NCBI RefSeq assembly: GCF_006345805.1
Contig: NC_042997.1
Location: 154,876,001 to 154,940,000, forward strand
Reading direction: 5' to 3'
Origin: Octopus sinensis
Lineage: Eukaryota
Length of the DNA: 64,000 bases
A program made the position numbers and the translations under genes. Position 1 is the first letter of the stretch. Each line of letters begins with the position of its first letter. A model generated the notes under the pieces. That model ran no database searches. It worked only from the letters and a program-made list of their open reading frames with translations, and was not told the DNA's origin. Shown here one piece after another: positions 49,721 to 63,073 of the stretch.

Positions 49721-51708
49721 ATATCAGCAGACCGACTCTACACACTCCGATTGTGAACTGTTTCCACTCAACTTCATACGTTCAATTACTTGCCATAAAA
49801 TAATAGTCTTTCCAGTTGTTTGTAAAACAAGAAGCTACATATACATAACACATACATAACATATACATGTATATACATATATATATACCATATACATACA
49901 TATACATGCATATACATGCATACATACCATATGCATATATATATACGTGCATATTCCCTCACACGCAAGCACATCTATAAATACATAAACATACATGCAT
50001 ACACACACATATTTATGAACACATCTCTACACATACACACATACACACGTACACACTCGCACACTCACACACACACACACATGTAGATCTCAGAGCTCCT
50101 AGTTGTCTATAATCATCCGTCTTAATCTATGTATATTGAAGTCTATTTTGTGATTTTTTTTTCTGTGGTTGTTGTTTTTCATTTCAAATCTTTCTTCTCA
50201 TCTTGTCATGTTTTAAGTTTTTTACATTTCTTCTCTTGTCGTTTTTTTTTTTTTTTTCATTTTACTTTATTCACCTATGATCCTTGCCCAACGTATCTTT
50301 CCTCTCCCGATATTAATATTTCTCCCGAAAACAGCAAAACCTTTAAATCTTATTTCTATATGTCAAATGTAAATGCAGCCATTTTTTTCCAGCAACCGTT
50401 ACAAGCAAAGTTCATATTGGTTATCATATTCAGGATGAAAAAAACAAGAAGACAAAAAATGTAAAAGAATTAAAGACGAAATAGCTTGTTTTGAAATTCA
50501 TTGGATTTTCAGGTTGAGAAACTCGACATCAGTGCAATATGTCACTCAAACGATGCTATCCTATCACTCGTTCCCCCAGAGGTAAGGGATAATGTTATCT
50601 TATGCATCAGTTAAATGCATATGCATATGAATATATACACATATATCTCTTTCATAAAAAAAATTGCGATACTGGTTAAATTGTGAATTTTAACTAAAGA
50701 AGAAGGAGGAGGAGAGGAGGAGGAGGAGGAGGAGGAGGAGGAGGAGGAGGAGAATAAGAAGAAGCAGAAGAACAACAACAAAAATGACAACAACACAACC
50801 TAAAATTTTGGGTCCACTAAAGTTTGCACAACAACTCACAGAGCCTCTCCATCCTACTGTCATGATTCAGAGACAAACCAGAGCAAGATATCCGGTGCCA
50901 ATATGAGTCACAGGCTCAGGAATGTGGGAGCGCCATGATTTCATGTGCAAACAAAATATTCCCAAAAAGTTCAATGCTATTCTCTGCATATCTAGTTTTA
51001 TATCAGAGTGACCTTCTCCTCGAGACATATTTTAGTAAAAGCTGAGCGGGTAACTCAGTCCCAAAGGTCTTTCAACCTGCCGAATAGAAACCCGGAATTT
51101 ATGAGGTACCGTGTTATTACTAATTGTTGTTGAACATACACTAGGTTCATCCGTCCTTTTCACGGGTCTTGTTTTTTGTCCTGCTGGGTTTCCGGTAGCG
51201 CATCTCACTAGGCAAGCCTAGTGGAAGTGCCGACGACCCGACCGTGTGATCTCTTGGCATATGGTATTCAAACAGCATGTTGTATTCTCAAAGCAAATAG
51301 CTCTCTATGAGCACATAGCACCGTAGAGCATCGCATGACATCATACAGTATCATTGAGCATCACAGAGCATATGAATTGATCAGTTAAATAATAATGATA
51401 ATGTAAATATTTAGATTTACAATATAACAATTTGGAAATGTTGATATAACCGCTAGATCTGAGAACATATTATATCCACAGAGCAGTCATTTCAACTGTT
51501 CCAGCAAGGCCTTATTCGAAATGACTGAAACGAACAAATAAATTGTATACTTGTATGTACATGTGTATATATCCATCTGTCATTCTATATCTCCACTTGC
51601 CAAGATATATATATATCTATGAGTCATATCTATTTATATACATTACTGCAATAAGGCCGGTCAAACTTCTACTTTAAATGTTAAATGAGGATGTAGATAT
51701 CTGTATAT

Positions 51709-51744
<36 letters not shown>

Positions 51745-51850
51745 ACAAAGTAAGTTGTAAGATACCGCACGAGTGGAAATATATATGAATGAAGTGTTGA
51801 AAATGCAATTTTTAAGATGTTTGCATCCTCAAACCTTCTTTCATATATAA

Positions 51851-51928
<78 letters not shown>

Positions 51929-53388
51929 CATACATACATACATACATACATACATACATACACACACACATACACACACCACACACACACACATAATTCA
52001 ACAATTCTGTAAGGGTTGTGTCATGAGTAGAGTTGTTGTTAATGCTGTTGTTATTATTTACCTTCAGATCACCTCTTATCAAAGGCACTCCAAGTGTGAA
52101 TAACTATCATATTTTTGGCGTAACGTACCTGGAACAAATGTGTCCTTGATCTTTTTTTTTTTTTAATGGAGTAGATTATAATTTTAGTGAGATTTGGTTA
52201 CTGCTTCATGCAAGACGAACGACGGCATCGAGTCACTCTCCTTTGCTAATCAGCAATAGAGGCGGTTGGTTCTGGCGCCTTGCTCTGTATAAAGCAGCAT
52301 ATTGCCAGTACACATAATGCTTTGTGTCTATATCAAATCCACAGAGATATCGAAAATTTTCATTACACCTGCAAAGGAGAGATGCGTTACTAATCCGAGT
52401 AGAGATATTAGTTATCTTGTCCTGGTTTTGAATCCTGGCTAGAATAACTTCTAACTTTACGTCGCTGATGCTCACAAGGATAAAACTTCAACATTGCACA
52501 ACCTCATTTATCTGTAAATATCTCTGGTTAAAGAAGAAATCAATATTTGAAGTTGATAGGAACAACAATAAATAAATAAAGAAAGAAAACTTCCCACCAA
52601 GTAAAAAAGAAATTTAATCTCTGTGAGGCTTTCCTTCATGTATCCATTATATTTCTTCAGTAAGGAAAATAAAACTCGTTGCCTCAAGAAGCCCTCACAA
52701 ATGTTTAATAAAGGATATCACTTTATCAATCATAACAGCTTTGTTTTCTCAGTAAGGAAAATATGAGCGTTTTTCGTTGATTGATCTTTACCGAAACCAT
52801 ATCGTAAAATAGCAATAAATATCACAAACATATTGTGGTACAAATATTGCTAACAACTTCATTAACGCCGCCATCATTCTCATCTCACTTTATCCATCTC
52901 GATTTCTTAATCTGAGGGTTTGAGAGTCAACGTATGTGTGTAGGGGCGTGGGTATATATATATATAAAACGTCGGTGTAATTAATATATATTTATACATG
53001 ATGGTATATAACATACATGTGTATGTATACAAGAAATATGTACGTGGGGGTGCCAGTGGGGTTGTCACATGTGTGTGCAATAATTGAAAGCAATATTGAG
53101 TAAAATAGAACTCAATGCTAATTGCGGGGTTCTATATTTCTTTTTAATTAACAGCTAGGTATTCTCTGTTTACATTACTAATTATTAATTTCCCACTTGC
53201 ATGGCTTTTCACGCATGAAATGAAGTCTTATAAGAGCGAAAAATTTACTTGTAGTGTTAATACAGAATAATGAGCTATTAACGTGTATGTGAGTGTGTAT
53301 GTAATTATATATGAATGCACGAATGCATACGTGTGTGTGTGTGTACGCGCACGCATGTGTATGTGTGTGCGTGCGTGTGTATGCATAC

Positions 53389-53419
<31 letters not shown>

Positions 53420-53467
53420 CATATATATACATCTGTCTTCGTCTTTTGTTTTTCTATAAATTTAATC

Positions 53468-53516
<49 letters not shown>

Positions 53517-53517
53517 C

Positions 53518-53611
<94 letters not shown>

Positions 53612-55969
53612 ATATAAATATATATATATATATATAGGATAGTGGTGCAACAATACACCAATATTTACTGGAAGGCAATATTACTGTATTGCTCTATTTA
53701 ATAATTTTTTTATATACGTATGTGTGTGCTTATACATCGTTATTTGCGCCGTGCGCAGCGAGATATGGGAGGATTATTTGCATTTTTATTCCTCACACAT
53801 CTAGGAAGATTCAGACGCAGACTATCAGTGGGCAGATATAAAGACCTTTCAGTAAACATTTGTTCGCTGAAAGTATTTAAAAAAAAACAGCGGCTGCGTT
53901 TAGGCTCAGACTTCCGGTTATTTCTGGATGATGAAGTACACATGTCGCAACGCCTGCATCCTATAATGTCATGTGCAAATGAACCGATTGTGTTGAACAC
54001 ACTGTCGTCATAAAAGGGACAAATCACTCTCTTGTAACATATACTACAGTGACCATCATATTTTGCGTGTTAATAGATTTGCGAATAATCGTGTTATGTA
54101 TATCTTTATATATATAAATCACAAAAATGGGGGAAAATGTCCATCTCGCCTGATTGGGAGTTCATACAAGTCGTCTCGCCTATCTATGACTTCCAAGGTT
54201 TTTAACCCTCTGTGATTTAAGGGAGTCATTCCCACCGCGCTAATTCGCAGCTATCTGGCAAACAGGCAATAAAATATATAATGGTAAGAGTAAGTAAAAA
54301 GTACGTCAACAGTCATAGAACAGATATAGACAAGATTAGTGTTGAAGCCAAATCGAATACCTAAAATCCAACTTCTTATTCATGGGAGGCGCAATATATT
54401 TAATCAACAATCAGATATAGGAAACCAGCGACCGAGCTATAGAAAACAGAGATAAAATAAAAGACGGGCAAGCAATTGTCTATGGCATGAAAGCATTCAT
54501 GAAAGAATTTGTAAATACGCATATAAATATAATTAAGCAGAAATCCGGAAGATAGTCCATGATAGACCTTTATAAATAATTGCGAACAAATAGGAAGATT
54601 CAAGGTATTCCTTGAACGTATGAATGCACATGTGTGTATGTGCGTCTGCGTAATATATATATAAGTATATATGTAAAGAGGCGGGGGAGAGAGATTATAT
54701 AAGATTGTATGTATGTACATATTTGCACACATCTATAATTCGCGTAGATAGACATAAAGGTTTGAATGGAGATTACTCCTTGCGTTTTCGGCGCCTATCA
54801 TCACTAAAATTCATTCCGGGCCTATCAGCTTTATTAAACAATCGTTATTGTTATGATCTTCCTCTTCTAAGAAACATCATATTCAAGATTTTGACGATTT
54901 GTTTTCAAAACTTGAACTATATTCTGTAGAGAATCACTACAAATTACATCGACCATAAGCACGTGAAAGACAAAAAATGCAAGCAAAATCGAATAATGCG
55001 AGATTTGCAATACAAAACAATACGGTCAAAATTAACAGACAGGTTTATGCATTCGATTGTAAAAACAAGATTAGAGGATAAATCATTTATAGACATATAT
55101 ATGACTGTTTAAGAAGTTCGGTTTTCAACCACATGATTTGGGATTCAGACCCATTGTCTACCGAATTGATCACAAGGCCAGTCAATGTCTTGCGGTGAAT
55201 TTGGTAGACTGAAACTGTGTGTCAAATATACATGTGTGTATGTAAGCACGGGTGCATATGCACACACAAACACACATATAAACATGTACGTATATACGTG
55301 TGTGTGGGTGTATCTTTGTGTCTATCCTTATACAGCTAGACCACCAGTATTGGTTTCTTTAAGTCCCTGTAATTTAGCAGTTCGGGCAAAGTTAACGATG
55401 CAAATACCAGACTTCAAAAGTAGTGGCCTCGATTTGTTGGGCTAAATCCGTCAAAGTCATTCCCCAGCAGGGCCGCAGTCTGTAAGTGGAAAAGAGAATA
55501 AATACGATTTTTAGACGGAAAATGTAAAGGTAGCCACAAGATTCTTCCAACCTAATAAGAAGTTGGGAAGAAATGATTTTAGAGGCGAGCTAAGTAAGTC
55601 GTAACAAAACCGTGATGTCAGAATACGATGGTAAAAAAAAAATTTGCTTGTAGTTTGACTGGATTATCAGGAAACATTCGATTCTCTTTTTCTCTTGTGT
55701 ATGTTAGTGGCCCAATGATTTGTTCATTAATCAAACCCATAGATTGTCTAGCTTCAAACTACGCCACCATTCTCAAGTGAAATACATTTAGTTTTATTGT
55801 TTCTGATGAGATACACTATCATAGTGATATATTTCAAAGATATCATATCTTCGTAAAGCTGATTATACTAACGCAGCTCGTTATCTTTTCCGATGGAGAA
55901 ACCTGTGGAAACTTGGAGAGCCTCTTAGTAAGACAGCGATACAAATCTAACACATAAATTCTTTGTAAA

Positions 55970-56311
55970 GATAGATTCTGAAGACATGAAAAATACGCAA
56001 AAGAGATTTGGCTTGGTTGCAACATTCTCAAAAAGATGACTATAGATGGAGTTTAACTGAAACTGGATTACGAAATGAAGGAAAGCTACATGACAGTCTT
56101 GCGGCATCTCTATCAATGGTCTGGCTATAAATTATTTTAAAAGATAAATGCTAAAAGCATAAAAGATATGGAGATAAGATTTGGTTTGGTCACAACATCC
56201 TCAAAAGATGCATACAAATAGAGTTTGGCTAAAATATATGTTCCAACTGGATTATGAAACGAGAGAAAACTACAAGGCAGTCATGTAGCTTCTCTATCAA
56301 TGGTCTGGCTA
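55970..56311. repeat. Two-copy diverged tandem duplication (~180-bp period)
   Basis: Both units end CTCTATCAATGGTCTGGCTAT and contain AGATTTGG(C/T)TTGGT...CTGGATTA. Confidence 0.8.
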
Positions 56312-57279
56312 TTCGTCCGATATCATACAAAGATCGCTTCAATACCTTCGGATGAATGGAAATATATTCTGTGATGGCGTTCGTAACAATACTCTCTGAT
56401 AATACCCTATGACTCAGAATAAAGAAGGATTGCCATGTCTAGAACGCCATTCATCAATTTAATTAGGGCTGACCTAGAGCTAAACTACATTTCGAACCAA
56501 CGAAGGAAGCTCAATAAGGTCGCTCGACTACTAGAAATAACAGCCACGTAGCCTCAAGTCTCACCCTACCTATCGGATATGAGTTCCGACTAGTTTCGAT
56601 TTGAGACATAGCACTTCTTTTCAGTTACATCATTAAGATATGAACATTACAACCCCAATTTTGCTTCACCTTTCCGTCTTAAACAACAGTATAAGGATGG
56701 CATATTCCGTCTCTATTTTCATCAGATTCTCTTTGATGGATTCTGTCGGTTACGACGACGAGTGTTCTAATTGATTCGATCAACGGAACAGCCCGATCGT
56801 GAAATTAACATGCAAGTGGCTTACCACTCCACAGAGACGCATACGATTAACAAAGTTCTCAGGGAGGTTTAGCATGAAACAGAATGCAACAAGGTTGGCC
56901 CTTTGAAATACAGATACAGCTCATTTTTGCCAACAGATTGAACTGGAACCACAGAAAATAAAGCGTCTTGCTCAGGGACACTAACGCGCCGCCGGATTTC
57001 GAACTCATGATATTGCGTACGTGTGCCGAATACTCTAACCATTAAGTCACGCGCCCTCACCAAATTCTATATATGATAATACACATATGACATTTCAGTA
57101 TTTCAGTTGTTTCCAGATACAATATTTCTCTTAAATATATTTCTTTCCGTTTTCTTAAATATATTTCTTTCCGTTTTAAGTTTGTCTTGATTCTTTGTAT
57201 TTTCCTAAACACCTTCATTACATGAACATTTAATAAGGTCTTGTACTTTTAGTAATATTTAACAATTCTGTCTGCTATA

Positions 57280-57745
57280 AGCGCAAGACCTGAAATTTTG
57301 GTTGTTGGGAGCTAGTCGATTACATCGACCACAGTACTTGACTGGGATCTTTTCACTTTGACCGGCAAATTTTAAAAATAATTTCTTTGTAGCTAAACAC
57401 TTTTAAACTTCGTATACTGGTAGAATGTGTCACATAAAACATCTTTTTCTCTTGGCGTTCTTGAGAAAATTCTGTAGTTTGTAAGCTATTTCTTGTTTAA
57501 TTATTTCTCGTATTTCGACAATTTCAACCAATCAATGACGTCTGTTGAGGTGAATACAATTACTGCTGTTGTTTGCAACAAAATCTGCCGGTCAAAGTGA
57601 AAAGATCCCTCGACTTGTACTTAATTCATCATTCCCTGAAATGATGAAAGGTGAAGTCGACCCCGGCAGTATTTTGAACACTGGACGTAAATCTGGGGAA
57701 AATGCCACTAAGCATTTTATACGACATGCAAACGATTCTGTCAAC
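57280..57745 (-). mobile_element. SINE S1 interrupted by a MITE
   Basis: The S1 sequence resumes after 57609. Confidence 0.75.
57344..57609. mobile_element. MITE, 266 bp, ~30-bp TIRs, probable 6-bp TSD
   Basis: GGGATCTTTTCACTTTGACCGGCAAATTTT at the left end and AAAATCTGCCGGTCAAAGTGAAAAGATCCC at the right; flanks TTGACT and TCGACT. Confidence 0.88.
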
Positions 57746-58438
57746 TTGCTACCATTTCCATTTTTTTTTTTTAGTAATCTTTAATAATGATGTTTTCACT
57801 TTAAAAAGTTTTACTAACAATTCTCAGAATACATCAGGTCAAATACAAAAATATAGAGCAAGGAATGTTATCGATCTTATACAGTACCCATACAGTAGAA
57901 AATGGTGATCTACTAGATAATACAGAAACATTTGTATATAACTTTCCTTTCTTCCACTTATATCAAGATTCAAGAATGAATCTTTGATTCCTTTCTATAC
58001 AGTTATCAATTCTCGCTCCTTAAAGTACATTCGTCAGGACATTTCGGTAGCTGGTTACCAATGGCATTACGGAGCATAGGTCGATGATGATAGTGAGAAT
58101 TTATGGAAAATGTATAACCATTGTATTGTCTGATTCGATCAAAATGGTAAAATATTATATTATCTGGAGTTGACATTAACCCAGCTCACCCAAATAGGTA
58201 CAAGATCAATGTTCTTTGATAGTCCAGTTGTTTGATTCTCAGACATGTTTTCACCGCTACAAAAATAATTCGGATAAAAACATTACATGACTACTTATAC
58301 ATTTATTCATAAGTGTGTAAGAGCATATGTGTGTGTATGTGCGAGCAGATGTGTTTGTATGCGAGCATATATGTGTGTGCGTGTATTTGTGCGTGTGTTT
58401 GTACGCGTGTGTGGTGTATCGGAGAGAGAGGGGCATAT

Positions 58439-58538
58439 NNNNNNNNNNNNNNNNNNNNNNNNNNNNNNNNNNNNNNNNNNNNNNNNNNNNNNNNNNNNNN
58501 NNNNNNNNNNNNNNNNNNNNNNNNNNNNNNNNNNNNNN
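58439..58538. other. Assembly gap (100 N)
   Basis: A run of exactly 100 N, the usual placeholder for a gap of unknown size. Confidence 0.99.
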
Positions 58539-58643
58539 CTTATATATATACTATATATATACACATATATATATATAACATATATATATATATATACTAT
58601 AGATATATATTATATATGTATATATCATGTATATATATATATA

Positions 58644-58955
58644 TATTAGAAGAAATTAGGTAATCAGAAGATCGGATGGTTCATATTTATAGATATTTAT
58701 TTATATATTACATTTTTTACAAATATAATCTCATATCATTCAGATCATATCATTCAGATTATTAGCGCTTTCTCCCATTCTAGTGGGGTTTTCAAATCAA
58801 TTTGATTTGAAACCCACTAGAATGGGAGAAAGCGCTAATAATCTGATGATATGATCTGAATGATATGAGATATATATTTGTAAAAAATGTAATATATAAA
58901 TAAATATCTATAAATATAACCATCCGATCTTCTGATTACCTCATTTCTTCTAATA
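58644..58955. mobile_element. Near-perfect 312-bp palindrome with 1-nt axis, each arm beginning with a U3-A8 hammerhead-like motif
   Basis: Axis TTCAAATCAA-T-TTGATTTGAA at 58801. The left arm (minus) reads AU-UUGAAAA-C CCCA cuagaa UGGG A-GAA-AGCGCU-A-AU. Confidence 0.85.
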
Positions 58956-59014
58956 TATAATACCTGTACATCATCTCAAACCTGCCAAATATCTATCTAT
59001 ATATATATATAATA

Positions 59015-59051
<37 letters not shown>

Positions 59052-60276
59052 TATATATATATATATATGATTTATATTATTATATGATTGAACGCAACAC
59101 ATCCTCTTCCACAAGTTTTATCTTAAAAATTAATCTGCGCACTCTGCTATCTTTTTACTTTTTCGTTTTTCTCTCTTTCTTTCTCTTATTCTTTTACCTC
59201 CTCTTCTCCCATTATTCTGTCCTATTACTCTTTCGTTTTTTCTCTCTTCCTTTCTCCCCTTCTCCTCCTCCTGTTTTTCATTTACCCTATCTCTCTCCAA
59301 TTTTTCCTCTGCCCTTCACAGTTCTCTACCTGTCACTCTCTCTCTCTCCTTCACTCTTCCTCCCTTGCTGACGTGGCTTCCACGTGACCATCGGCCATCT
59401 TTCTTCTCCTAACTTTGTGTTGCTTTCTTTCTCTCAGTTCTAGCTGGATCAAGGAAGATGTGTTCTTGTCTGTCTCCTGTCCAAGCTTGATTTACCCGTT
59501 CGCCACCACAACCTCGTTTAGGCTTAGCAGCCCTTCCTGTTTGTTTTCACTGTCCTGTTTGTGTTACCAATTTTGACCCTCCACAAAATCCCAAATTTTA
59601 TTTAATTTGCTTTGCAGGAGCAACTGTTTTATTGAAAGTGTATCTTGATCAGGGCGTATCTTGGTTTATACGAAAGTGTATCTTGTTTTATCAAAAGCGT
59701 ATCTTTATTCAGAGACCATTTTATAGCTGACAAATTTGAAATCAGTCGTCTGAAAAGCGTAAGATTTAAAAAAAAAAAGAATGATACGAAAACCTCAGAC
59801 AAACAGATCCAGAATAATAACATAAAAGCTGTCTTTCGACTTGAGACAGATTCTAATATAGAAGTAGCTTTCATCTTTAGACAGTCTCTTATAAAGAAAA
59901 ATTAGTGAATGTGTGTACTTAAAGAGAAGATCGCGAATCAAAAAACTATAACAATAGTAAAACGTGATGAAAACCAGATGAACGAGTTGCATGACAGAGA
60001 GAGAGAGAGAGAGAGAGAAAGAGGAATATAGAGAGGGAGCGAGAGAGGAACAGAGAGAGGGGGATAATAGAGTGAGAGGAAGATAGTTTGTCACAATAAG
60101 AGAAATAAATCCGTTACAGTGAAAATTATATGTGTGTGTGTGTGTGTGCGCTTGTGTGTGCATATGTGTATGCACTTATGTATGTATGCATGCGGGTATT
60201 ATTTATATGGAATGATTTAATTGATCGGAAACGTGACAATCGGGGTCACGATTCAAGAATCTTCCGTTTCTAGTGG

Positions 60277-60317
<41 letters not shown>

Positions 60318-60346
60318 ATAATGATGATGATAACAATAACAACAGA

Positions 60347-60407
<61 letters not shown>

Positions 60408-60509
60408 GTGCCACTTTGATGGCATTCGCTGCTCTCAATGATAATATAATAATAATAATAACAATAATGATATAATAAAATAATATAATAAATAATAAAA
60501 TAATAATAA

Positions 60510-60551
<42 letters not shown>

Positions 60552-60580
60552 GTGCCACTTTGATGGCATTCGCTGCTCTC

Positions 60581-60645
<65 letters not shown>

Positions 60646-61552
60646 TAATAATAATAATAAGTGGTTGAATATATATGTGTATGTATGTGTGCCCGTCAAA
60701 ACTTCCTATGACCTCTTTATTCATAATATATTTAACGTCTGAAAAATGATTAACACAATAATGCGTAGCTAGACTAAGTTAGGTCGTTGAAGAGGAAATA
60801 AATGAAAAAGAAACACAGCCTAATTTTTTTTTACAGGAATGACGTCGAAATTGTAACACTTCCCTTTCTAATACTGTATCTGAAATGTAAATTTAGTATG
60901 TCGTAGGACAGACAGACAGTGTTACAGCGTAAATAATCAATAAAATGTGTCGGATACATTTGTAGTCCGCACAACACATATTGAAATACCTATTCAGTGT
61001 TTTTTTTTTCACTTTATATTCAATTTTTTTTTCTTTCTTGTTTCAAATTTGTATTGCTTTGATTTTGTATTTTTGTGTTTAGAACATAGTTTTCGCGAGA
61101 TTTATGTCCATAAACGAAGTTAGAAAAATAATTCTGATCAATAAAACCGATTTTGTGTATTATTTGTATCTCTGTTAAATTTTTTTTTTTTCACCCTAAA
61201 TACATTTTTGTTTCATTTTATTGAGAAGAAAAAAGAAGAAAATGAAAAAAGAAAAATAGGGAAAAATCTCTACTTTTTATAAAAATTTTTTCATGATCAG
61301 TTTTAATGTAAGGTCTGCAACCCTCACGTGGACACTTAAAAACTGGAATTATTTATGGGTCAAATGCAATGGCTGGATTCTACATGAATAATACGTGTTA
61401 TTCGTTTTGTTGATTCAATTTATATTTACGAATATTTCTGCTATAAAATTCGCATACTCATGTATATGTACATTGCACGCACCCACACTCAAACACGCAT
61501 TTACATAGATACATACATAGACATAGACAGACAGACAGATATATATATATAG

Positions 61553-61643
<91 letters not shown>

Positions 61644-61763
61644 GGGGTCGAAACGATCGTTATGATTCATAAAGACTCGAAAATTCCATCTGTTTTTCTC
61701 ATTTGTTCGTGTGTGTGTGTGTGTGTGTGTGTGTGGTGTGGTGTGGTGTGTGTGATTGTTGTG

Positions 61764-61795
<32 letters not shown>

Positions 61796-62730
61796 GAGAA
61801 AGATGTAGAGAAGAATTAACGGACATTACAAATAGAAACCTGTATAAGTCTATTTCTTGAGGCAACTTCTTATTCAGAGATAACTTTATAGAAAATTGGG
61901 ATAACAAAAAAATAAACAGTTATGTTATGAACTTCATTAGCTTACTGTTTTCCGCTGTAAGGTACCTCATATTTGAATGCTTGAGTATCCTCCTATAGCT
62001 TCATCGAAGCTTATTCTGAGTTCTAACACCAGGTTATTAGCATCGTAATGTCTAAGTGATGTGTATATGTATATATATATATAATTAGAAAATGAAGTTT
62101 TTCAGTGTTAACTATTCAAAAATTATTAGCTATTTTAAAAAGTTCTTTTATTTAACACAATGTCACTAATCTTTGTGGGAGACGTTTGTGTATAGTGTGT
62201 ACTCTACGACTAGTGTGCATTTTGTGTGTGAGCGTTTTCGTTTTTCACGTCTTCAACGACACGTATTCCTTGCAAATGCATATACAGGTAGTTGCTTTTT
62301 TGTAAAGGTGTTAACTAGTTCTAGTTTAGTTTCTTCTTTTTATATGTTTTATTGTAACAACTCACAACGTATTGTAATTATATATTCTTCTTTTGTCTTT
62401 CGTAGTTGGTCATTCTTATCTTTTTTTTGTGTGTAAAAGGGGAAAATTTTAGTTAAATATGCTCCGATATATACTGGTATTCTTTTATTCTTTTACTTGT
62501 TTCAGTCATTTGACTGCGGCCACGCTGGAGCACCGCCTTTAATCGAAGAAATCGATCCCGGGACTTATTCTTTGCAAGCCTAGTACTTTTGCCGGACCGC
62601 TAAGTTACGGGGACGTAAACGCACCAACATCAGTTGTCAAGCGATGGTGTGGGGAACAAGCATAGACACACAAATACATACATACACACACACGCGCGCG
62701 CGCGCGCACGCACATACATATATATATATA

Positions 62731-62893
62731 TAAACAAAACAGAAAATGGAACAGGAACGTAACAGGTGACAACAAAACATTCGGACATTTAGACGATACA
62801 AAAAAGGACAGGAGAAAACAAGGACGGGTCATTCGGAGCTTTCAATCTTCTGTCGAGTACCAGATCATCTTTGCAGTTTCAACATATATATAC
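62731..62893 (-). mobile_element. Short PLE-tail-like insertion inside the (TA)n of an S2 SINE
   Basis: A unique 160-bp block flanked by TATATA on both sides splits the SINE at 62484-63020. Confidence 0.5.
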
Positions 62894-63040
62894 CTCAGGT
62901 TATTTCAGTTTCTGCCTGCCAAATCCACTCACAAAATTTTAGTCTGCCTGAGGTCTATCCGAGGTGCTACGAAGTGGAACTGAATCCGGAACCATGTGGT
63001 TGGGAAGCAACTCCTGCGCCTATATATAGATATTATATAT

Positions 63041-63072
<32 letters not shown>

Positions 63073-63073
<1 letters not shown>

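Noticed and set aside
50800-51290. GC-richer block, possibly an RTE/SINE remnant
   Set aside because: No translatable motif or boundary that I could support.
56062-56311. LDYE..E.Y peptides suggesting cadherin or protocadherin repeats
   Set aside because: No downstream A.D.G or DxNDN motifs, stops in frame, and differences between the two units are mostly non-synonymous on both strands.
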